A stretch of DNA of 64,000 nucleotides, from positions 64,001-128,000 of the forward strand of contig CAVSAC010000014.1 of assembly GCA_963725865.1 (NCBI GenBank), written 5' to 3'. The DNA is from Candidatus Eiseniibacteriota bacterium (GTDB lineage: Bacteria > Eisenbacteria > RBG-16-71-46). This document shows positions 1-9,504 of this stretch, piece after piece (the stretch's first letter is position 1; the number at the start of each line of letters is the position of its first letter). A model generated the notes under the pieces. It was not told the DNA's origin, searched no databases, and saw only the letters and a program-made list of their open reading frames with translations. The translations under genes were made by a program, and so were the position numbers.

Positions 1-773
1 GAGCGCGACCAGCTCGACCACCGCCGCGTGCAGCTGGTTGGTGTCGAACTTGGGCGCCGTGCAGCCTTCGAGGTAGGACACCGACGCGCCTTCCTCGGCG
101 ACGATCAGCGTGCGCTCGAACTGGCCCGGAGTCCTGCGGTGTTGATGCGGAAATAGGTCGACAGCTCCATCGGGCATTTGACGCCCTTCGGGATGAAGCA
201 GAACGAGCCGTCGGTGAATACCGCCGAGTTGAGCGCCGCGTAGTAGTTGTCGCCGGCCGGCACCACGGTGCCGAGGTACTTGCGCACGAGCTCGGGATGC
301 TCGCTGCACCGCCTCCGAGATCGAGCAGAAGATGATGCCGACCTCGGCGAGCTTCTCCTTGTAGGTGGTCGCGACCGACACGCTGTCGAAGATCACGTCG
401 ACCGCGACGCCGGCCAGCGTCGCCCGCTCGTTCATCGGCACGCCGAGCTTCTCGAACGTGCGCAGCAGCTCGGGATCGACCTCGTCCATGCTGGCGAGCT
501 TCTTCTTCGGCTTGGGCGCCGAGTAGTAGCTGATCTCCTGGAAATCGATCTTCGGATACTTGACGTTCGGCCACTGTCGGCTCTTCCATCGTGAGCCAGT
601 GCCGGTAGGCCTTGAGCCGGAATTCGAGCAGCCACTCGGGCTCGTTCTTCTTGCGCCGAGATCAGCCGGATGGTGTCTTCGCTCAGCCCCTTCGGCGCGA
701 CATCGGACTCGATGTCGGTGACGAAGCCGTGCTGGTACGGCTGGTTGACCAGATTCTGCAGTGCGGTGCTCAT
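1..773 (-). CDS. sufB: Fe-S cluster assembly protein SufB (5' part; runs off the window; frameshifted)
   Basis: N-terminus [39 protein letters not shown], and in another frame [47 protein letters not shown], both typical SufB segments. Confidence 0.93.
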
Positions 774-827
774 GGGTCTTGCTCCGACAGGCTGCCGGAC
801 ACGAATGGCGTCTGGCGTGCCCCGGAT

Positions 828-1171
828 CTAGGCTTTGCTCGTTTCCTTGACGCTGAAGCTCTCGCCGCAGCCGCAGGTGCTGTCGACGTTGGGATTGTCG
901 AACTTGAACATCTGCTTCAGGCCTTCCTTGACGAAATCGAGCGCGCGAGCCGTCGAGGAACGACAGCGCTGTCGGCGGCCACGACGACGCTTCGCGTCGT
1001 GCGCCTCGAACACCGGTCGTCGGCGCGCACTTCGTCGGCGTAGTCGAACGTATAGGCAAAGCCGGAGCAGCCGACCTTCTTGACGCCGACGCGCAGGCCG
1101 AGGCCCTTGCCGCGCTTCGCCAGCTGGGTCCGGATCTGCCTTGCCGCGCTTTCAGTCAGCGTGATCGCCAT
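828..1171 (-). CDS. sufA: A-type Fe-S carrier (SufA/IscA, HesB family), frameshifted
   Basis: [10 protein letters not shown]...[16 protein letters not shown] joined to [20 protein letters not shown] (CGCGESF motif). Confidence 0.88.
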
Positions 1172-1192
1172 GGTGTCGTCTGCCTCGAGAGA

Positions 1193-1676
1193 TCAGACCG
1201 GGACCGTCGTCCGCTCGCGTTTCGGCAGCGTCTCGCGCATGTCCTGCACCTGCGCGACGCCGGACGCCTTCGCCTTCTGCTCGTCGACCAGCTGCTTCAG
1301 CGTCACCGCGCCGCAGATAGTCGAAAATGTGCTCGTTGAGCTTCGCCCACAGGTCGTGGGTGATGCATTTGTGCTCGTCGCGGCAGTTTTCCTTGCCGCC
1401 GCATTGCGTCGCGTCGATGGGTTCGTCGACCGCGAGGATGATGTCGGCGACCGACACCTCGCCCATGTCCTTGGCGAGGCGATAGCCGCCGCCCGGGCCG
1501 CGCACGCTGTCGACCAGCGCGCGCCGGCGCAGCTTGCCGAACAGCTGCTCGAGATAGGACAGCGAGATCTTCTGGCGCTCGCTGATTTCGGCCAGCGTCA
1601 CCGGGCCGCTGCCGTGCTGCATCGCGAGATCGATCATCGCCGTCACTGCAAAGCGCCCTTTCGTGGTCAGCCTCAT
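1193..1676 (-). CDS. iscR: Fe-S cluster assembly regulator IscR (Rrf2 family), frameshift near 1312
   Basis: [18 protein letters not shown]...[14 protein letters not shown]...SVRGPGGGY; ligand motif C-x5-C-x5-C-x2-H ([20 protein letters not shown]). Confidence 0.95.
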
Positions 1677-1721
1677 CGTGGACCTCTCATAAGAATCAGA
1701 TACCTACGCCGCCTCGGCGGA

Positions 1722-1774
1722 ATAGGTGATCAATTCGATCAAGTATAATATACCCGATTGATTTGATCAACAAT
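1722..1774 (-). promoter_or_regulatory. Two tandem 25-bp IscR type-1-like operators in the iscR promoter
   Basis: Minus strand ATTGTTGATCAAATCAATCGGGTAT (1774-1750) and ATACTTGATCGAATTGATCACCTAT (1746-1722); AT-rich imperfect palindromes resembling ATASYYGACTRwwwYAGTCRRSTAT. Confidence 0.75.
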
Positions 1775-1796
1775 GGGGTCGGCAAGTTCCCGTCGC

Positions 1797-4061
1797 CTAC
1801 CGCGCGTCGAACTCGCCCCAGGCGCGGTCCAGGGCGTCCTCGAAGTCGCGCGTGAAGCGCGCGGTGTCGAACAGCGGATGGGTCGCCCGGTTCGCGGCGA
1901 GTCGGTCGCGGAATCCGGAAAGCGCCCGCGGGCTTTGTGCGAGATGCAGCGCCAGCGCCTCGTAGGCGGCACGGTCCGGCGTGACGAGCTCGGGCAACCC
2001 GATCGCGTGCAGCTGGCTGCCGGCGATCCGGCTCACCAGCGTCTCTCCGGCGCGCGTGACGAGGGGCACCCCGACCAGCAGCGCATCGTTGGCGGTCGTG
2101 TGCGCGCCGTACGGGAACGAATCCACGAACAGATCGGCGGCCGCCGTTCGCGCAACGTGGCGCCCCACCGGCGAGACCAGCGGGGCGAAGATCAGGCGGC
2201 CCGGATCGATCCCGGCCATCGCCGCTTCGCGGCGCAGATTCCCTTCGGCATCGCTGCCGCACGCGAGCAGCCACAGCACGCTTCCGTCGACCGCATGCAG
2301 GAGCCGCATCCAGACGGCGAACACGTCGGGCAGGATCTTGTGGGCGCTGTTGAAGCACGAGAACACGAACGCGTCGGGCGGCAGTCCGCACTCGGCGCGC
2401 GTCGGCGGCGCGCCTTCGAGCGCGCGGCCCGGATTCGCCGGAAACGACATGTGCGGCAATTGCAGCAGCCGCTCGGTGAAGTACGGCTGGAGCGCCGCGG
2501 GACCGCTGTAGCGATCGACCAGCGCATGGTCGTACCAGTCGGCCCCGAGCGTGCCCGGATAGCCGAGGTAGTTGATCTGGACAGGCGCCGGATGGAGCGC
2601 GAATATCCGTTCCCGCGAGTGCCGCGTGTAGCCGTTGAGGTCGATCAGGACGGCGATGCGATCGGCGCGGATCCGCCGCGCGATTGCCTCGACGGACGCC
2701 TCGCTGACATCCGTGAAGTGCTCGAATGCGTCCGCAACGCGCTGCCCGATCGGGCCGCGGTCCCGGTCCCAGATTCCGTAGGCGAAGGTCTCGAACCGGT
2801 CCCGGTCGAAGCCTTCCCAATACGCGATCGACAGGTACACCATCGGATGCGGTCGAAAATCCGACGAGACGAACCCGACCCGCAGCCGTTCTCCGGGGGC
2901 CCGGGTGTAGGACGGCCGCACCGCCGGTGCAGGGGGCGCGAACCCCCGCGCCCAGCGCTGCGCAACCCGCAGCTGTGCCGTGGGCGAGGTCGGCATCGTG
3001 AGCAGCGCAAAGGGGTTGGTCCGGTCGTCCGCGCCGAGGTCATCGGACTCGATCAGGCGATTGAGCCTGTCGTGCATTTCGTCGAGGCCACGCCAGAGGC
3101 ATCGGTGTTGGCGACCGAGGGCGAGCATCGACAACGCATACGGACTGTCCGGGCGAAGCTCCAGCGCGCGCAGCCAGGCCGGCTCCGCGTCGGCATGGCG
3201 TTTCAGCTCGGAATAGAAGCTGCCGAGGTTCTGCTGGATTCGCACGTCGTCCGGCAGCAACCGCGCGGCCTCGCCGAAGCACGCCTCGGCGGCATCGAAT
3301 TCGCCGACGCGCTGGTGGGCCATGCCCCGGCGCACCCAGACGGGGGCCGGAACGTCGCGCCGGATGGCGAAGAGCCGGACGTACGCGGCGGCGGATTCCC
3401 GGAACGCATCGCGCTCGAACAGCGAGTTCGCGAGGTTACCCAGCGCGTCGGGATGCTGGGGATTCGCAGCGAGGACCCGACGATAGCAAGCCTCCGCGCG
3501 GTCGCGCTCACCGCAGGCCTCCAGAACGAGCCCCAGATTGTTGAGCAGCCCGGGGTGATCCGGCGCCGCTTCGAGCGCGAGCTCGTATTCGCGACGGGCA
3601 GCACCCGGGTCGCCGCGTTCCCGGTGGAGGTTGCCGAGATGGAAGTGCGCTTCGCCGTTGCCGGGGGCGATATCCAGTGCGCGGCGCCAGGCCGCCTCCG
3701 CGGCGATCGGATCGGCCGCACGCACGATCTCGCCCAGGAGGTTCCATGCCGTGACGTCGTTGGGCGCACGCTCTAGCGCAGTCCGGCAATCCGCCTCTGC
3801 GCCCGCGGTGTCGCCGATCATCCACGCCGCGCGCGCCTGCTCGCGCCGGAGTTCGGCGCTCCCTGGATCCGCGGCGAGCGCACGCTGCAACCAGGCCATC
3901 GCGTCGGCCAGTCGTCCATTGGCGAGCGCCGACTGCGCCCTCGCCGCGTAGTCGTCCGGTGCCAAGGGGTCGGGCGGTGACGCCTGCAGCGCGCCATGGC
4001 ATGCCTTGAAGCGCCTGCCGCTGCCACAGGGGCATGGTGCATTGCGTGACGGCTGCGGCAT
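1797..4061 (-). CDS. SEC-C + TPR + GT41 (O-GlcNAc transferase/SPINDLY-like) glycosyltransferase
   Basis: SEC-C motif RNAPCPCGSGRRFKACHG; multiple TPRs; GT41 motifs GFVSSDFRPHP, IDLNGYT, PAPVQINYLGYPGT, FNSAHKI, YGAHTTANDAL. Confidence 0.9.
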   Translation of the reverse strand: MPQPSRNAPCPCGSGRRFKACHGALQASPPDPLAPDDYAARAQSALANGRLADAMAWLQRALAADPGSAELRREQARAAWMIGDTAGAEADCRTALERAPNDVTAWNLLGEIVRAADPIAAEAAWRRALDIAPGNGEAHFHLGNLHRERGDPGAARREYELALEAAPDHPGLLNNLGLVLEACGERDRAEACYRRVLAANPQHPDALGNLANSLFERDAFRESAAAYVRLFAIRRDVPAPVWVRRGMAHQRVGEFDAAEACFGEAARLLPDDVRIQQNLGSFYSELKRHADAEPAWLRALELRPDSPYALSMLALGRQHRCLWRGLDEMHDRLNRLIESDDLGADDRTNPFALLTMPTSPTAQLRVAQRWARGFAPPAPAVRPSYTRAPGERLRVGFVSSDFRPHPMVYLSIAYWEGFDRDRFETFAYGIWDRDRGPIGQRVADAFEHFTDVSEASVEAIARRIRADRIAVLIDLNGYTRHSRERIFALHPAPVQINYLGYPGTLGADWYDHALVDRYSGPAALQPYFTERLLQLPHMSFPANPGRALEGAPPTRAECGLPPDAFVFSCFNSAHKILPDVFAVWMRLLHAVDGSVLWLLACGSDAEGNLRREAAMAGIDPGRLIFAPLVSPVGRHVARTAAADLFVDSFPYGAHTTANDALLVGVPLVTRAGETLVSRIAGSQLHAIGLPELVTPDRAAYEALALHLAQSPRALSGFRDRLAANRATHPLFDTARFTRDFEDALDRAWGEFDAR

Positions 4062-4325
4062 CGATGGGGAGTGCTGGAAAGGGTCCGACCGCGGCGCGCC
4101 TCCGGCCGGCAGCCGCGACGGGGTCCGGCGTGGGGCATCGGCAGGGTGCGATGGTCGTCGTGAGGCCATAGCATACCGTCGTCACGCCACGCTTGCTCCC
4201 GGTCCGCACGAGGGCGCCGCGATGGAGGAGCGGCGCGCAGGAAGGTTGCGCCAAAAGGACGGGCAGGTCTCGTATAATCGGCACGGTTCGCCGCGTGGGC
4301 GAGCGGCGGATCGTGCGGAGCCATC

Positions 4326-4703
4326 GTGCAATTCTCTAGCCGACAGTTTGCCGATATCGTCGTCGCCGCCCCCGTCGGCCGGATCGACCACGCCGCGGCC
4401 GGACAACTCGAGCAGTCGCTGGCGCCGCTTCTCGCGGAGGCGTCCACCGGCAAAGGGGGAGTCATCCTGGATTTCGCCGGCGTCGACTACATCAGCAGTG
4501 TCGGATTGCGGGTGCTGATGATCGCCGCCAAGCAGATGCGCGGACGCGGCGCGCGGATCGCGGTCGCCGCACTGCAACCGGTCGTGACGGAAATCTTCGC
4601 GATCAGCCGCTTCGACAGCGTCCTCGAAGTATTTCCATCGGTCCGCGCCGCCGTCGAAAAGCTCTCGCCGCCGGCGCTCGCCAAATTCGATGCGGCGTCC
4701 TGA
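4326..4703 (+). CDS. STAS-domain anti-sigma-factor antagonist (SpoIIAA/RsbV-like)
   Basis: ILDFAGVDYISSVGLRVL containing the phosphorylatable Ser; 125 aa; TATAAT at 4273-4278 upstream. Confidence 0.92.
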   Translation: MQFSSRQFADIVVAAPVGRIDHAAAGQLEQSLAPLLAEASTGKGGVILDFAGVDYISSVGLRVLMIAAKQMRGRGARIAVAALQPVVTEIFAISRFDSVLEVFPSVRAAVEKLSPPALAKFDAAS

Positions 4704-4712
4704 CGGCCGGAA

Positions 4713-5672
4713 ATGAAGCGGATACGCTTCTGGGGTACGCGCGGGTCGCTGCCCGTCTCGCTGACCGCCGCCGGGGTTCGCCGGAAGCTTGTCACCGCGC
4801 TGCGCGGCGCCTCGGGACGCACATTCAACTCGGACCGCGAGATCGACGCGTATCTCGACGGTCTCGATATCGCCGTGTCCGGGACGTACGGCGGCCATTC
4901 GCCGTGCGTCGAGCTCGAGACCGGCGGCCCCGACTACGTTCTCTGCGACCTTGGCAGCGGTCTGCGGCCCTTCGGACAGGCCGCGATCGCCCGCCACGGC
5001 CCCGGCTCGCCGCAGACGTACCACATCTTCGTGTCCCACGTGCACTGGGATCACATCATGGGCCTGCCGTTCTTCACGCCGGCCTATATCCCGGGCAACC
5101 GGGTGCGCTTCTACGGCTGCCATCCGTGGCTCGAATCGGCATTGCGGCGCCAGCAGGAGAACCCGTCGTTCCCCGTGGATTTCTCCTACCTGCGCGCGAG
5201 CATCGATTTCACGGTGCTCGAGCCGGGCAGGCGCTACGACATCGCGGGAATGAGCGTGACCGCGAAGCTGCAGCGGCACGCGGGCGACTCGTACGGCTAC
5301 CGCTTCGAGAAGAACGGTCGGACCGTCGTTTACACGACCGATTCCGAGCACAAGCTCGCGGAGATGACGGAAACCACCGACATCGTCGAGTTCTTCCGGA
5401 AAGCGGACGTCGTGATCTTCGACGCGATGTATTCGCTTGCCGAGGCAACCACCGTCAAGGCCGACTGGGGGCATTCGAGCAACGTGGTCGGGGTCGAGTT
5501 GTGCCAGTTGGCGGAAGTGCGGCACCTTTGCCTCTTCCACCATGAACCCGCCAACGACGACGAGGCGATCTCCAGGGTGCTCGCGGAAACGCGGCGCCTC
5601 GAGGAAATCACGCGGACCCGCGAGCCCATGCTCGTCACCGCGGCCTACGACGGGATGGAAATCGAGTTGTGA
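4713..5672 (+). CDS. Metallo-beta-lactamase-fold hydrolase (RNase Z / phosphodiesterase-like)
   Basis: RFWGTRGS N-terminus; SHVHWDH (HxHxDH); later WGHS and FHHEP. Confidence 0.88.
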   Translation: MKRIRFWGTRGSLPVSLTAAGVRRKLVTALRGASGRTFNSDREIDAYLDGLDIAVSGTYGGHSPCVELETGGPDYVLCDLGSGLRPFGQAAIARHGPGSPQTYHIFVSHVHWDHIMGLPFFTPAYIPGNRVRFYGCHPWLESALRRQQENPSFPVDFSYLRASIDFTVLEPGRRYDIAGMSVTAKLQRHAGDSYGYRFEKNGRTVVYTTDSEHKLAEMTETTDIVEFFRKADVVIFDAMYSLAEATTVKADWGHSSNVVGVELCQLAEVRHLCLFHHEPANDDEAISRVLAETRRLEEITRTREPMLVTAAYDGMEIEL

Positions 5673-7819
5673 GTTTGCCCGCGCGAATGGCGGCCGCGGT
5701 CCGTCGGACCGGCCCCATTCGCCTGGTCGCGATTCCGCTCCTCCTCGCGCTGACCGCGCTGATCTGGCTGGATCCGTCGTGGATCGCGCGCCCGCAGACC
5801 GCGTGGTTCGATGCGTACCAGGCGGCCTCGCCCCGGCAGGTCGCGTCGATGCCGGTCACGATCGTCGAGGTCGATCAGAAGAGCCTGGCTGCGCTCGGAC
5901 AGTGGCCGTGGCCGCGCCCCGTGCTCGCCCAGCTGATTCGGGACATCAACCGCCACCGGCCGGCGGCGATCGGCGTCGACATCCTGATGCCCGAGCCGGA
6001 CGGATTGTCGCTTGAGCGCCTGCTCGCGCGCACCGGCAACAAGGATCCGGCCCTGCAAACTCAGCTCGCCGCGCTATCGGCCCACGACGCGGAGCTCGCG
6101 CGCACGCTCGCCGCGGCGCCGACCGTGCTCGCGATCGCGGGCAGCTCCGAGGCCACGGGAATGCTGCTGCGGGCACCGCCGTTCACCGTCTCCGGCATGT
6201 CCGCCCGATCGGGCGCGCCGGAGAGGGTCGCTCAAGGGCTCCCCAACTACACGGGCGTATTGACGAGCCTCGACCAGCTCGACCGTGCCGCGTCCGGTCA
6301 CGGTCTCGTTTCGGTCGAGCCGGCGGGCGGGGTCTTTCGCCGCATCCCGCTCGTCGCGAACGTGGGCGGAACGCTGGTGCCTGCGTTCGCGATCGAGATG
6401 CTGCGGGTCGCCGTCGGCGTGCCGTCGCTGCGACTCCTGATCGATGGTCCGTCGGTGGTGGGCATCGCGGTCGGCAACTTCATCGCGCCGACCGAGGCGG
6501 ACGGCGCCGCGCGCGTCTATTATTCGCCGCGCAACGGCGACCGCTTCATCTCGGCGGTCGACATCCTCGACGGCAAATTCGATCCGCAGCAGATCGAGCA
6601 GAAGCTGGTGCTGATCGGCGTGACCGGCGTCGGCATGGTCGAGGACAGGAACACGCCGCTCGGCGCGCTGATGCCGGGCATCGAGATCCACGCGCAGCTC
6701 CTGGAAAACCTCTTCGACCAGACGCTGCTCAACCGGCCGGTCTGGGCGCCGCGGATCGAGGCGCTCGCGTTCCTGCTCCTGGGCGCGCTTCTCGTCTTCG
6801 CGACACCGCGGTGGAGTGCGCGCAATGCCACGCTTCTCGCCCTCGGTTGCGTCGCCTTGCTGGCGCTGTCCGGATACCTGGCATTTCGGCAGCAGCGGCT
6901 GGTGCTCGACGCGGCGGTGCCCGGAGTGAGCCTGATGCTGCTGTTCGTGGCGCTCCTCGTGCTGACGCTGGCGGAAGCGACCCGCCAGAGAAGATCGCTC
7001 GAGCGCCTCGTGCAGCGCGAGCGCGAGCAGCGCGCCCGCATCGCCGGCGAGCTCGATGCGGCGAAGCGGGTGCAGGTCGCGACGTTGCCGCGCGCCGAGC
7101 TGCTGCGCGACGATCCCCGGATCGACCTCGCGGCGGTCATGATTCCGGCCCGTGAGGTCGGCGGCGACCTCTACGATTTCTTTCGGCTCGACGACCGCCA
7201 CCTGTTCTTCCTCGTCGGGGACGTCGCCGGCAAGGGTCTCTCGGCGAGCATCTTCATGGCGGTGAGCAAGGCGCTGTGCAAGAGCACGATGCTTCGGACG
7301 TCGGGCGCGGACATCGGCGAGCTCATGTTCGCGGCCAACGCCGAGGTTTCGCGCGACAACCCCGAGATGCTGTTCGTCACCGCGTTCGCCGGGGTGCTGG
7401 ACCTCGAGACCGGCGAGCTCGTCTATTGCAACGCCGGTCACGAAAATCCGTACCTGGTGGACCCGGTGGGCGCGACCGTCGTCCGGATCCAGGATGGCGG
7501 CGGGCCGCCGCTTTGTGCGGTGGACGGCTTCGTCTACCGGGGAGGGGAGTGCCGGCTCCGGCCCGGCGAGCTGCTCTGCGTCATCTCCGACGGGGTGACG
7601 GAAGCGCTGAGTCCGGCCGGTGCCCTGTACGGTGATGGACGGGTGCGCCGCTTCCTGCAGGGCCTTGCGAACGCCGACTTGAACGCCACCGCGGTCGTCG
7701 ACGCGCTGCGCGCGGATGTCGAGGCATTCGCCGCGGGCGCCGAACCGGCGGACGACATCACGGTGCTGGTGTTGCGCTGGAATGCCCCGCGCAACGCCCC
7801 GCAGCGCGCGCGCGCCTGA
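5669..7819 (+). CDS. Membrane sensor: CHASE2 domain + 3 TM + SpoIIE/PP2C phosphatase
   Basis: CHASE2 hallmarks VTIVEVDQKSLAALGQWPWPR, GVDILMPEPD, PGIEIHAQ; three hydrophobic helices; SpoIIE motifs VGGDLYD, GDVAGKG, NAGH, SDGVTE, DDIT. Confidence 0.92.
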   Translation: MSLPARMAAAVRRTGPIRLVAIPLLLALTALIWLDPSWIARPQTAWFDAYQAASPRQVASMPVTIVEVDQKSLAALGQWPWPRPVLAQLIRDINRHRPAAIGVDILMPEPDGLSLERLLARTGNKDPALQTQLAALSAHDAELARTLAAAPTVLAIAGSSEATGMLLRAPPFTVSGMSARSGAPERVAQGLPNYTGVLTSLDQLDRAASGHGLVSVEPAGGVFRRIPLVANVGGTLVPAFAIEMLRVAVGVPSLRLLIDGPSVVGIAVGNFIAPTEADGAARVYYSPRNGDRFISAVDILDGKFDPQQIEQKLVLIGVTGVGMVEDRNTPLGALMPGIEIHAQLLENLFDQTLLNRPVWAPRIEALAFLLLGALLVFATPRWSARNATLLALGCVALLALSGYLAFRQQRLVLDAAVPGVSLMLLFVALLVLTLAEATRQRRSLERLVQREREQRARIAGELDAAKRVQVATLPRAELLRDDPRIDLAAVMIPAREVGGDLYDFFRLDDRHLFFLVGDVAGKGLSASIFMAVSKALCKSTMLRTSGADIGELMFAANAEVSRDNPEMLFVTAFAGVLDLETGELVYCNAGHENPYLVDPVGATVVRIQDGGGPPLCAVDGFVYRGGECRLRPGELLCVISDGVTEALSPAGALYGDGRVRRFLQGLANADLNATAVVDALRADVEAFAAGAEPADDITVLVLRWNAPRNAPQRARA

Positions 7820-7868
7820 TCGGGGAGCCCGGACCGGCGGAATCGGCCCGGCGGCTGCGGTCGCGGAA

Positions 7869-8480
7869 TCAGCGCACGACGATCTCGACGCGGCGATTGC
7901 GCGGCTCGGCGATCCCATCCGCGGTCGGCACCATCGGATCGCGCTTGCCTCGCCCGACCGCGACGATATTCTCCGGCGCGACGCCACGCGCGATCAGCGC
8001 CGCCCGAACGGTCCCCGCACGGCGCAGCGCCAGCGCATCGTTGACCTGATCGCTTCCCACCTTGTCGGTATGCCCGACGACGACGAGGTCCGGGACCGGA
8101 TACTTCGCGACCGCGGCAAACACGGTTTCGAAGATCGCCGCAGATTCGGGGGTCAGCTCGTCCTGTCCCTCGATGAAGTACAGCGTGAACGAGGCGGGCC
8201 GTCTGGGTTGCGCGGCGAGCGCGGCGCCGAAGCGCGCCTGCACTTCCTTGGGATCCGACGTGTAGGCCTGCGCACCCATCGGCCATTCGCGCGTCGCGGC
8301 GTAGGGCTTGTCGAGCACGATGGTCTGGTCACGCTGCCTGACCTCGACAGCGGTGTCGCGCGCGTCCTTCTCGGGCAGCAGCACGACGGTGCCGCTGTTG
8401 TATGCGCATCCGGCGAGCCACGCCGACAACGCCACGGCGGCACGCCCCGCCCCGAGGCGAGCGATCCCGCTAATCGTCAT
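7869..8480 (-). CDS. OmpA-family peptidoglycan-binding lipoprotein
   Basis: Lipobox LAGC; OmpA C-domain motifs VVGHTD, LALRRA, NRRVEI. Confidence 0.9.
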   Translation of the reverse strand: MTISGIARLGAGRAAVALSAWLAGCAYNSGTVVLLPEKDARDTAVEVRQRDQTIVLDKPYAATREWPMGAQAYTSDPKEVQARFGAALAAQPRRPASFTLYFIEGQDELTPESAAIFETVFAAVAKYPVPDLVVVGHTDKVGSDQVNDALALRRAGTVRAALIARGVAPENIVAVGRGKRDPMVPTADGIAEPRNRRVEIVVR

Positions 8481-8925
8481 TGGCGCTGACCACGAATTCG
8501 GTGCCGCGAATGCCGAGTATGGACGAGGGCGTGCGCACCTTCATCGCTTCGGGGGATTGCTTGGCGATGCGGCCCGAGATCACCGCGAGCGAGCCCTTCT
8601 GCAGCGCAGCGTCGAACTGGCCCTGGCTGGTGGTCGAGTCGAAATCGTAGCGATCGAGCGACAGGATGCTGTTCGGTCCGGCGGAGAGGAGCGAGTTGTC
8701 GCTCATGGTGAGCCCGACCGAGCCGTCGGCGCCGGTCTTCAGCACGTCTCCCGCCTGCAGCCGCACGCCGGCCGTGGCCGGGATGACCTGGCCGCCGCGC
8801 TCGATCGTCACTCCGCCCTTTGCGACCTTGATCTGCCCGATGTCGGCCGCACCGGCCGACGCGGCGACCCACAGGGCGAGCGCGGTCGCCGAAATCCAAC
8901 GCAGATGCTTGCCTCGATTCGTCAT
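8470..8925 (-). CDS. Small secreted FecR-domain protein
   Basis: Signal peptide, then IGQIKVAKG...GDVLKTGADGSV...VRTPSSILGIRGTEF; overlaps the ompA-like gene. Confidence 0.85.
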   Translation of the reverse strand: MTNRGKHLRWISATALALWVAASAGAADIGQIKVAKGGVTIERGGQVIPATAGVRLQAGDVLKTGADGSVGLTMSDNSLLSAGPNSILSLDRYDFDSTTSQGQFDAALQKGSLAVISGRIAKQSPEAMKVRTPSSILGIRGTEFVVSANDD

Positions 8926-9033
8926 CGAAATTCCCCTGGAAGCACCGAAACGCGGTGACCCGGAACGCTTGCGCTGCGGCTACCCGCTTATACTCGTCAT
9001 TGACCCACGCGCCGACGCGCCGATTCTATACCC

Positions 9034-9504
9034 ATGACGGTACAACTTTCCACGGCCGCCCCCGAGCGGAAGGTCTTCGAAGCACGGATGAGCAACCTGC
9101 AGGAGACGGTCGCCTTCGTGGATGACTTCTGTGCACGCCATGGCATCGGTCGCGACGACGCGTTGCGGCTCACGCTGATCGTCGAGGAGCTGTTCGCGAA
9201 CACCGTCGAGCACGGGTACCGGAAGGAAAGCGACGCGCCGATCGTCATCGCGCTGTCGCCGGCGGATGGCGCGGTCACGCTCGCCTACGAAGACGCGGCC
9301 CCGCGCTTCGACCCGCTGTCGCAGCCGCCGCCGGACATCAGCGCACCGATCGAATCGCGTGCAATCGGCGGCCTCGGCATCCACCTCGTCCGGCAATTCG
9401 CGCGGAGCATGCGGTACGCCCGCGAAGGCGGACACAACCGGGTCTGGCTCAGCGTGCCGTGCGCGAGCTTGGCGCGAAGCAATCGGGCGATGGCGCCGCC
9501 ATGA
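9034..9504 (+). CDS. Anti-sigma factor / Ser kinase (RsbW/SpoIIAB-like HATPase_c)
   Basis: N box EELFANTVEHGY, D box YEDAAPRFDP, G box GGLGIHLV. Confidence 0.9.
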   Translation: MTVQLSTAAPERKVFEARMSNLQETVAFVDDFCARHGIGRDDALRLTLIVEELFANTVEHGYRKESDAPIVIALSPADGAVTLAYEDAAPRFDPLSQPPPDISAPIESRAIGGLGIHLVRQFARSMRYAREGGHNRVWLSVPCASLARSNRAMAPP

